From assembly GCA_964512045.1 (NCBI GenBank), contig CAZEJK010000001.1, positions 54,398 through 115,571 of the forward strand: DNA of 61,174 nt, written 5' to 3'. A program made the position numbers and the translations under genes. The notes under the pieces were generated by a model that saw only the letters and a program-made list of their open reading frames with translations, searched no databases and had not been told where the DNA came from. Source of the stretch: an uncultured Thermoanaerobaculia bacterium (GTDB taxonomy: Bacteria > Acidobacteriota > Thermoanaerobaculia > Thermoanaerobaculales > Sulfomarinibacteraceae). How positions within the stretch are numbered: the stretch's first letter is position 1; each line of letters begins with the position of its first letter. Below, in pieces: positions 1-11,593 of this stretch.

Positions 1-567
1 CAACGAGAGGTTGGACGCCGCCAGATCCGCCAGGCGCAAGGGGTCGGACAGGTTCTGAGCGACCAGCATCACCTCCGGTGAGATCTGGCGACCGAGGTTC
101 ACCACCCGCTCCATCCCCTGCTTGACCGAACGGACGAGCGCCTCGATCTCGAGCTCCTCCGGTTGTGCGGAGGGCTCGTCCAGCTTGCTCAGCCGCGCTT
201 CCAGATGCGGTGCAGTCTGGGTGTAGTAGTCGACCTTGGCTCTGGCCAGCCCCTGGACGAGGATCCGGATGTTGCCGTCCGGGAGCTTCAGCATGCGCAT
301 GATCACTGCAACGCAGCCCACCTTGTACATCGTCTCCGGCGGTGGATCATCCTCCGTTGGGTCTGTCTGGGTCACCAGCAGGATGTGCCGGCTGCCGCCG
401 AGCGCGTGGTCGACAGCGGCGACCGATCGTTCCCGGCCCACGGAGAGCGGAACGATCACGAACGGGAAGATCACAACGTCCTTCAGCGCCATAACGGGCA
501 GCACATCGGGAACCAGAACTGTCTGCTCCTCCTCGGAGGAGGAGGAGATCTCGATCTCTTCAGTCAC
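1..567 (-). CDS. lon: ATP-dependent protease Lon, N-terminal substrate-binding domain (5' part; the gene continues past the window start)
   Basis: My own translation from GTG at 567 gives VTEEIEISSSSEEEQTVLVPDVLPVMALKDVVIFPFVIVPLSVGRERSV...MYKVGCVAVIMRMLKLPDGNIRILVQGLARAKV. This fits the LonA N-domain pattern (LPxLPLRDxVxFP...PLxVGRxxS...LKLPDGxxxVLVEG). It is absent from the ORF track because it is truncated. The GTG overlaps the hsp20 stop (GTGACTGA). Confidence 0.85.
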   Translation of the reverse strand, partial: MTEEIEISSSSEEEQTVLVPDVLPVMALKDVVIFPFVIVPLSVGRERSVAAVDHALGGSRHILLVTQTDPTEDDPPPETMYKVGCVAVIMRMLKLPDGNIRILVQGLARAKVDYYTQTAPHLEARLSKLDEPSAQPEELEIEALVRSVKQGMERVVNLGRQISPEVMLVAQNLSDPLRLADLAASNLSL

Positions 568-1015
568 GGTTCGACTCCTCCTCGTGAACGTGGATCGGGA
601 TCGGAACCTGTCGGCGGTCCGTGATCCGCGGGAGGGATACCTTGAGGACGCCTCGGGTGAGCGTCGCCTGCGCCTCCTGAGTGTTGACCGGCTCGGGGAT
701 CGTGACGGTGGCCGAGAACGTTCCGATGAAACGCTCCATGAGATGGAACCGGACGCGGTCGGGCTCCGATCGCAGCCGCCGCTTGACACCCCGAACCACG
801 AGCTGACTGCCACACATCTCGGCGCTGAGATCGGCCGCCTGGATGCCCGGAACCTCGATCTCGACCACCACAGCCTGCTCGGTCCGCAGCACGTCGATGG
901 CCGGCTGCCACTCCGCCGACTGTCCCGGCGGCTCGTCCAGCAGCTGCTCGAGGAGCCGGTTCAGCTCCTCGCGGAGGCGGTGGATCTCGACCTCGTTCTT
1001 CCAGTGTCGTCTCAT
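560..1015 (-). CDS. Hsp20/alpha-crystallin family small heat-shock protein
   Basis: 151 aa with an alpha-crystallin domain layout (PAIDVLRTEQAVVVEIEVPGIQAADLS...LVVRGVKR...ERFIGTFSATVTIPEPVNTQEAQATLTRGVLKVSLPR). The start overlaps the nrdR stop by 4 nt. Confidence 0.9.
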   Translation of the reverse strand: MRRHWKNEVEIHRLREELNRLLEQLLDEPPGQSAEWQPAIDVLRTEQAVVVEIEVPGIQAADLSAEMCGSQLVVRGVKRRLRSEPDRVRFHLMERFIGTFSATVTIPEPVNTQEAQATLTRGVLKVSLPRITDRRQVPIPIHVHEEESNRD

Positions 1016-1479
1016 CCGTCGTTCTCGCGCGCGGTCAGCAGCTGCCGGAGCTCGTCCAGGAACTGGCTGACGTCCTCGAAGCGTCGGTACACGCTGGCGA
1101 ATCGGACGTACGCGACCTGATCCAGTGTCCGCAAGCGCTCGATCACGAAGGCGCCAATCTCCTCGGTGGACATCTCTCGCTCCTCCCGTCCCGCCAGCTC
1201 GGCCTCCACGGCGTCGACGATCTGTGCGAGCTGTGGACGTGGGATCGGACGCTTCTCACACGCCTTGACCAGCCCTGCGAGGAGCTTCTCGCGATCGAAC
1301 ACCTCGCGGCGACCATCTCGCTTGACGACCGCCGCGGGGACCTCATCCACCCGTTCGTAGGTGGTGAAGCGCCGGCCACAGGCCAGACACTCCCGCCTGC
1401 GCCGCGTCTCGGTTCCCTCGCGAACCTCGCGTGAGTCCACCACGCGGGCCTCGGTGTGGTGGCAGAAGGGACACTTCAT
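1012..1479 (-). CDS. nrdR: Transcriptional repressor NrdR (zinc ribbon + ATP-cone)
   Basis: Near-consensus N-terminus MKCPFCHHTEARVVDSREV...RRRRECLACGRRFTTYERV followed by an ATP-cone (VVKRDGRREVFDREKLLAGL...). 155 aa. Confidence 0.95.
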   Translation of the reverse strand: MKCPFCHHTEARVVDSREVREGTETRRRRECLACGRRFTTYERVDEVPAAVVKRDGRREVFDREKLLAGLVKACEKRPIPRPQLAQIVDAVEAELAGREEREMSTEEIGAFVIERLRTLDQVAYVRFASVYRRFEDVSQFLDELRQLLTARENDG

Positions 1480-2564
1480 GGATCGCAGTGCCCTCCCTTC
1501 CGAGTCTCCTCAACGATCCGGCGGTTCAGCCCCAAGATCGGGATGCACGCCACTCCAATCAACGTAATCGGCACGAAGCAGATGGCATGATACGCGATCG
1601 CAGCGGCCACCGCCAGGCTCCGGCTCACGCCGAACAGACCGGCGAGACCCAAGCTGAGCGCTTGATGGAACCCGCCGGCGCCGCCGGGGGTGGGGATGGC
1701 AAGGCCGATCACCGTCAGCGCGACGAGCACGAACGCCCCCCGCAACGGCAGCTCGACGTCGAACGCGAGCAGTGTCACCTGGAGCTGCCAGAACACCATC
1801 ATCCAGATGACGAAGGTGAAGGCCACGACCACGATCAGGTCGCGTCCCCGTTGCACGATGCGCAAGCCGTCCAGGAAGTGACCGAGAAACGACGCGACCG
1901 GCTTCTCGAGCCGTGGCCAGATGCGCGCGAACGGCGACGACAGGAGATGGACGAACGCCTCCTGGAATCGGAACAGGCCGACGAGGATGGCGGTGCCAAC
2001 CGCCAGACCACCGGCGAGGATCCAGCCGGTTTGCGTCAACGTGCCGAGCCACGATGGCGGGTCGTCGAGCGGCGGCGGCGCGAAGATGAAGATCAGCAAG
2101 AACAGGATCACCGCCCACAGATCGAACAGGCGCTCGGTGACGACCGATGCGAGGGTGGCCGAGACCGGCAAGCGGTCTTGCCGCGCGAGCAGAATCGGGC
2201 GGATCAGGTCCACCATCCGCGACGGGAGCAGCGCCATCGCGCCGTAGCCGACCGCCGTTGTCAGCAGCAGTGACGACAGCCGCACCGCACCCACAGGGCG
2301 CAGGATGATCCCCCAGCGCACCGCGCGGAGCGCGTAGCTGCCGAGCGCCAGACCCACCGCGGTGATGAGCGCCGTCGGATCCGCGGATACCAGCACCGAG
2401 GCGACCTCACCGAGGTCCGCAGAGCGCAGAAACCACCAGAGCAGGACGACCATCAGGACGACGGAGACGGTGATCTTCAGCCACGTGCGACCCCCTGTCC
2501 GGTCGGACACGGCCTCGGTGACCAGCGGGCGGACCTCGCTCTTCATGGCGCCCAGTAGTATCAT
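1476..2564 (-). CDS. Polytopic membrane protein, lysylphosphatidylglycerol-synthase-TM / flippase-like (UPF0104) family
   Basis: 362 aa with about 8 hydrophobic spans. It has the RAxRWxxxL and GxxxPTPGGxGxxE-like motif (LAIPTPGGAGGFHQAL) typical of LPG_synthase_TM proteins. The start may instead be the ATG at 2546. Confidence 0.7.
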   Translation of the reverse strand: MILLGAMKSEVRPLVTEAVSDRTGGRTWLKITVSVVLMVVLLWWFLRSADLGEVASVLVSADPTALITAVGLALGSYALRAVRWGIILRPVGAVRLSSLLLTTAVGYGAMALLPSRMVDLIRPILLARQDRLPVSATLASVVTERLFDLWAVILFLLIFIFAPPPLDDPPSWLGTLTQTGWILAGGLAVGTAILVGLFRFQEAFVHLLSSPFARIWPRLEKPVASFLGHFLDGLRIVQRGRDLIVVVAFTFVIWMMVFWQLQVTLLAFDVELPLRGAFVLVALTVIGLAIPTPGGAGGFHQALSLGLAGLFGVSRSLAVAAAIAYHAICFVPITLIGVACIPILGLNRRIVEETRKGGHCDP

Positions 2565-2570
2565 GAACCG

Positions 2571-3545
2571 ATGTCAGGAGGTAGCACTCTGCGTGTGCTG
2601 TCCCATCCGGGCTGCCTGCAGCACGTCCCGCCGCCGGGACATCCCGAGGGCCCGGAACGTTTGCAAGCCGTCGTCCAGGCCGTGCAGGAGCACGGTGCGG
2701 ATCGGTGGTCGTTGGAGCTCGACACGCCGATCGCGGATGAGGACCATCTGCGCAGCGTCTTGCGCTGGGTGCACGATCCGGCCTATCTCGAGTCGCTGCT
2801 CGACCCCGACGCTGCCGACGGGTGGGACGGAGGTGCGGACAACCCGCTGTCGCCGGGCACGGGTCGAGCGGTTCTCACCGCTGCCGGCGTCACGTTGACC
2901 GGTGCGCTCGAGCTGTGCAACCAGCGGCTGCACCGGGGCTTCCTTGCCGTGCGGCCCCCCGGCCATCTGGCGGGTGCGGCGCAGGCTCGCGGCTACTCGT
3001 ACGGTGCAACGGTGGCGTTGGCGGCTGAGGTCGTCACCCGGGCGTGGCACGTGCCGGTTCTGATCGTGGACTTCGACCACCATCATGGCGCCGGAGTCCA
3101 GGAGATGTTCTACGACCGCGCAGACGTCGGGTACCTCTCGGTCCACGAGTACCCCGGGTTGACCGCAACCGGTGGCGGTGACGAGGTGGGCACCGGCCCG
3201 GGGCGTGGCGCGACGCGCAACATACCCCTCGCGCCGGGCGCCGATGATGCGGTGTACGCCTCCGCGATCGAGGACGGGCTCGAGGAGCTCGGCTCCCGTC
3301 TCCGGCCGGCCGTCCTGCTGGTATGTGCGGGCTTCGGCGCCCACGTCGACGACCCGGTCGGCCGGATGCGAGTGACCGAGCACGGTTTTTCGCGCATTGC
3401 CGACGCGGTTGTTGCCGCGTCGAATGGGTGGAGTGAAGGACGGATCCTCGCTCTTCTCGAGGGGGGCTACAACCCGCCAGTTCTGGCGCAATCCGTGGTG
3501 GATTTTCTGGCGCGGCTGACAGATGACCGGCGCCTCGCCAACTGA
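2571..3545 (+). CDS. Histone-deacetylase-family (acetoin utilisation / acetylpolyamine amidohydrolase-like) protein
   Basis: 324 aa. Carries the active-site block IVDFDHHHGAGVQEMFY and C-terminal LLEGGYN, both characteristic of the arginase/HDAC fold. Confidence 0.85.
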   Translation: MSGGSTLRVLSHPGCLQHVPPPGHPEGPERLQAVVQAVQEHGADRWSLELDTPIADEDHLRSVLRWVHDPAYLESLLDPDAADGWDGGADNPLSPGTGRAVLTAAGVTLTGALELCNQRLHRGFLAVRPPGHLAGAAQARGYSYGATVALAAEVVTRAWHVPVLIVDFDHHHGAGVQEMFYDRADVGYLSVHEYPGLTATGGGDEVGTGPGRGATRNIPLAPGADDAVYASAIEDGLEELGSRLRPAVLLVCAGFGAHVDDPVGRMRVTEHGFSRIADAVVAASNGWSEGRILALLEGGYNPPVLAQSVVDFLARLTDDRRLAN

Positions 3546-3941
3546 AGTCTGGCGCTCGCTGTGGCTCAACAGCTCACAATTTGCCGACGGTTTTCCGGGG
3601 GAATCCATCAAGCGTTCGACTTTCTGGCGAACACATTTCCGCAACAGACGTGAGCGAAAAGTCCGGCGGCTCTCCGCCGAGATGTCGACGACGCAAATTC
3701 CAGTAAGGCCCTGCTTTCCGGACGGTGAGTGCGCGACCATTCGTGTCGGTGGCTTGAGGAGAACCGTTGGCATTCTGCCGAAAAATCCAGCAAAGCCGCC
3801 ACCGTGCACGGCTGCGGATTGCCGCGCGGCTTCGGTGAAAAGCACGTCCACGTCCACTGGAGCTTGTCGTCGGATCATGTGACCGGAGTCACTGGTGGAA
3901 AGGAACGAGCTGTATGTCGGAAGATTGTCGCTTCCGAGCCG

Positions 3942-3969
3942 TTGACCTGATGACTTGATGTGGTATACC
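3942..3969 (+). promoter_or_regulatory. Candidate sigma70 promoter: TTGACC-16 nt-TATACC with extended -10 (TGgTATACC)
   Basis: TTGACC at 3942-3947 and TGG TATACC at 3961-3969, about 58 nt upstream of the ATG at 4027. Confidence 0.5.
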
Positions 3970-4026
3970 ATTCAATGGAGAGAGGTTCAAACAGGTACGG
4001 AGTGCAGCTCTGGGGAGGTTTTCAAG

Positions 4027-5616
4027 ATGCGACACCATGTGATCAGCGTGGCGCTCCTGCTCACGATCGTTGTGGCGCCGTGCGGTGCGTCGGCGAGCAC
4101 CATATTCTGGCTGGATCAGCCCGCTGATGGCGCCGTGGTGACGGGCATCGTCGAGGTTTCCGGCTGGGCGATCGATGACCGCGGTATCAGCAACATCGAT
4201 CTGTTCGTCGACAATCAGTTCGTTGCGGCTGCTGACCTCAATATTCCTCGCTACGACGTGCTGCAAGCGTACCCATGGATCGCCGGCACCATCAACGCCC
4301 GCCCCGGTTTCAGCGTCTCGTTCCGGTCGGACCTGCTGAGCGACGGTGCGCACGATCTGTTCGTCCGGATCCGCTACTCCGATGCCTCCGAAGAGGTGTC
4401 CGGCGACTTCGGGCTCAGGACCGTGATCGTGGATCGCCAGCTCAACCAGGCGCCGTTCGGCGAGATCGATCTGCCGCGCCCGAACCAGCCGATCGGCGGC
4501 GTGTTCCCGATCACGGGCTGGGCGCTGGATGACTCCGATGTCGTGGATATCGAGGTGATGATCGATGGCGCCACCTGGGGGAACAGCACGGTCACGGACG
4601 TCCATCGCCCGGACATCCTCAACCGGTTCCCGGAGGTTCCGGGGAGCGAGTATGCGGGCTGGGTCAACAACGTCAACACCACCAAGCTGCCGAACGGCGT
4701 GCACACGGTCACGGTTCGCCTGCGCGATGACGATGGCGCGACCCGGGTGATCGGCCACCGGCTGGTGCAGGTCTTCAACGTGGGCTACAACCTGGCGCCG
4801 TTCGGCGAGATCGAGTGGCCGCTGCCCCACCACTATCTGTTCGCGGTGGAGTGCAACCCACAAGGTGGCTGGTCCGGTGGCGAGTTCGAAGATCCGTCCC
4901 GTCTCGAGCTGATCACCGGCTGGGCGCTGGATGTGGGCAGCTACGGTGACGACGGCGGAGTGAAGCGGCTCGAGCTGCTGATGAACGGTGTGCCGCTGGC
5001 CAACACCTGGACGGACTTCCAACGGATCGAGTTCTTCGGCGAGCAGTACGATACCAACATCTACGGGCTCGAGCGGCGGGATATCCACCGTTTGTACGCC
5101 GATGTGCCGAACTCGATCCACGCCGGGTATGCGTTTTCGATCGACCCGACCTACCTGCGCCACGAGCGCGGCTTCCATGAGGGCCTGCACTACCTCACCG
5201 TCACCGCGACGGATGTCCAGGGCTACCAGTCGGATATCCAGACCATTCCGGTGATCATGGACTGCAACGATGATCCGGACCGGCCGTCGTGGGGTGACAT
5301 CGAGCGGCCAGAGCACATGGAGCGGGTGCAGGGGACGGTGCTGGTGACCGGCTGGGCGATCGACTACGACGTCGTGAATCGGGTCGAGGTGTACGTGAAC
5401 GGCCACTTCATGGGGTATGCAACCTATGGCCTGTCCTCGCCAGATGCGTACGGTCCCTACCCGCGGCGGGACCACGCCGGCTACTCGTTCTCGTTGGACA
5501 CCACCCAGGTGCCGAACGGCGAGGGCGAGGCGGAGCTCATCATCCGGACCATCGACCGGTTCGGCGGGGCGAACGTCATCGGTCAACGCTCGTTCGTCAT
5601 CGACAACCTGAACTGA
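4027..5616 (+). CDS. Secreted protein made of four tandem Ig-like repeats
   Basis: ATG at 4027 is preceded by GGGGAGG (4012-4018). Signal peptide MRHHVISVALLLTIVVAPCGASA. There are four repeats (about 4105, 4455, 4801 and 5290). Repeats 2-4 open with (F/W)G(E/D)I(D/E)xP, and all four contain VxGWA(I/L)D...(I/V)(D/E)(L/V)x(V/I/M)(D/N)(G/N). Confidence 0.8.
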   Translation: MRHHVISVALLLTIVVAPCGASASTIFWLDQPADGAVVTGIVEVSGWAIDDRGISNIDLFVDNQFVAAADLNIPRYDVLQAYPWIAGTINARPGFSVSFRSDLLSDGAHDLFVRIRYSDASEEVSGDFGLRTVIVDRQLNQAPFGEIDLPRPNQPIGGVFPITGWALDDSDVVDIEVMIDGATWGNSTVTDVHRPDILNRFPEVPGSEYAGWVNNVNTTKLPNGVHTVTVRLRDDDGATRVIGHRLVQVFNVGYNLAPFGEIEWPLPHHYLFAVECNPQGGWSGGEFEDPSRLELITGWALDVGSYGDDGGVKRLELLMNGVPLANTWTDFQRIEFFGEQYDTNIYGLERRDIHRLYADVPNSIHAGYAFSIDPTYLRHERGFHEGLHYLTVTATDVQGYQSDIQTIPVIMDCNDDPDRPSWGDIERPEHMERVQGTVLVTGWAIDYDVVNRVEVYVNGHFMGYATYGLSSPDAYGPYPRRDHAGYSFSLDTTQVPNGEGEAELIIRTIDRFGGANVIGQRSFVIDNLN

Positions 5617-5761
5617 GGGAGAGCGCGGCGCGCTGGAGATGGCCGCTCGGTCGTTGACGGCGTCGCGGACTCCGCTTCCCGAGCACGGCGCCCGCGAGGG
5701 CGCCGTTAGGCGGTAGTCGTGAAGCCCTGCGCAAACGTGGCAGACTACTCCGCAGGAGATG

Positions 5762-5974
5762 CAACGCAAAGGCGCGAAGGCGCAAGGACGCAAAGATATA
5801 GAGATGTTCATGACGCGGCGGTTTGTGCGACCTCGGGGATCAGGACGAGGAATCGGAGCTTGAGGCCAGCGAGCGCCAGGGCGCGGCCGGCCTTCATAAG
5901 GTCAGCTCTGCCATGCACCTTTATTACCCACCCCCTTCTCCTTTGCGGCCTTGTGTCCCAGCGTCTTTGCGTTG
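5762..5974. repeat. Imperfect inverted repeat: 34-nt arms with 27/34 matches and a 145-nt spacer, in a non-coding spacer
   Basis: Left arm CAACGCAAAGGCGCGAAGGCGCAAGGACGCAAAG (5762-5795). The reverse complement of the right arm (5941-5974) is CAACGCAAAGACGCTGGGACACAAGGCCGCAAAG. Confidence 0.6.
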
Positions 5975-6181
5975 ATTCCGAGAACCTCCCACTCCCAGCG
6001 GTCAGTGCTCCCCGTGCATGCCCCCTTGTTTGGCTCCGGCTCGTCCGGGTTTTGCTCTGGTACCATTGGCGGCGGCCGGAACCGAGACCGTGACGGCCGT
6101 ACCCGAGCCCTCGTCCGTTTCCGCGTCGGACCGGCGATGTGCCTGGTTGACCGAGCGAGGGAGGCGCCCCGTACAGTGAGC

Positions 6182-10853
<4,672 letters not shown>

Positions 10854-10870
10854 CGACTCAGAGCTCCGGG

Positions 10871-11212
10871 TCTTCGAAAACTCGAGGCAAGGTCGTGAGT
10901 TGAGAGTTGAGAATTGAGAATGCAGAGTGCAGAGTGCAGAGTGCAGAGTACCACCCGCCCTCCCCGGAGCCTGCTCTGCGAGCTTCAGGGACCAACGCGG
11001 CCGCGGGCCGCAAGCAAAGGGGTGCTCCGGAGCTGCCGGTCCCGCGGCCGCGTAGCGATTTGGCGTTAGGTATTGGGTATGAGCTCCCCCACCCACCCAA
11101 TCAGCCTCGCAGGAGCGACGCCGCCGCAGCCCGGTCCTGGCCCCGGACCCGGCCCCGACAGCCGGATCCCGGCCATCCGGCCCCCGGCGATCATGCTTCG
11201 AGTTTTCGAAGA
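10871..11212. repeat. Non-coding element of about 340 bp bounded by terminal inverted repeats (MITE-like)
   Basis: TCTTCGAAAACTCGA at 10871-10885 is a perfect reverse complement of 11198-11212. The match extends to 19/21. An internal 12-nt inverted repeat CGCGGCCGCGGG (10996-11007) pairs with CCCGCGGCCGCG (11041-11052). No credible ORF lies inside. Confidence 0.55.
10899..10948. repeat. Compound heptanucleotide tandem repeat: (G/A)TTGAGA x3, then TGCAGAG x4
   Basis: Read directly from the sequence: GTTGAGA GTTGAGA ATTGAGA A TGCAGAG TGCAGAG TGCAGAG TGCAGAG. Confidence 0.9.
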
Positions 11213-11304
11213 TGTGGGATGCTTGAGCTGCCAACGCGGTCGTGGTCGCGTTGACCGGCTGAACCGACCGCTCCGGTAAGATGGGCAGGTCGAAAGGAGT
11301 GTCC

Positions 11305-11510
11305 ATGGAGATTCCCGCGAAGGTCTCCCTGTACTGCCCGCTGATCGATGCCAAGGGCAGCCCGGCGACTCTGGTTGCTGTGCACCAGACGGGCTACTAC
11401 CAGCTGGAGATCTCGGTCAAGGGGCAGGGCCACACGTGCCTGTCGCCCACACCGCCGTGCTGTTCGCCGAACCGGAGCCAGAGCGCGACACCATGGAGAT
11501 CGAGCGCTGA
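11305..11510 (+). pseudogene. Small ORF (about 67 codons) that appears to switch frame at CACACGTG (about 11431-11438)
   Basis: AAGGAG (11294-11299) sits 5 nt before ATG 11305. Frame 1 gives the protein-like MEIPAKVSLYCPLIDAKGSPATLVAVHQTGYYQLEISVKGQGH, then turns into S/W/R-rich nonsense. After the CACA dinucleotide repeat another frame reads VPVAHTAVLFAEPEPERDTMEIER*. Confidence 0.3.
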
Positions 11511-11593
11511 CTCGTACGCCTCCAGCGTGGCGTCGTGGGGTGTGAAAGGGTCTCGTCAGGAATGGCCGGGCGCCGTCCGGCGTTCGGCATGGC

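Noticed and set aside
3645-3680. GAGCGAAAAGTCCGGCGG, which resembles the RNase P RNA P4 motif GAGGAAAGUCCGG, in a 400-nt spacer of about the right size.
   Set aside because: None of the other universally conserved RNase P blocks (GGUAAGGGUGAAA, AGCAAGGCC, ACAGAACCCGGCUUA) are present on either strand.
2574-3971. 465-aa minus-strand ORF antisense to the deacetylase gene. Similar long antisense ORFs occur at 3889-5811, 6002-7393, 7738-9009, 8391-9710, 25159-26934, 27174-28988, 29125-31596, 38888-40189, 46730-48007 and 53220-55493.
   Set aside because: Their translations are R/G/P/H-rich with no motifs or hydrophobic periodicity. Each lies opposite a gene with clear family signatures. These are the classic shadow ORFs of GC-rich DNA.
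10899-10948. Possible CRISPR or other spaced-repeat array.
   Set aside because: The units are 7 nt, contiguous and without spacers. This is a microsatellite, not a CRISPR array. No cas genes are present in the window.
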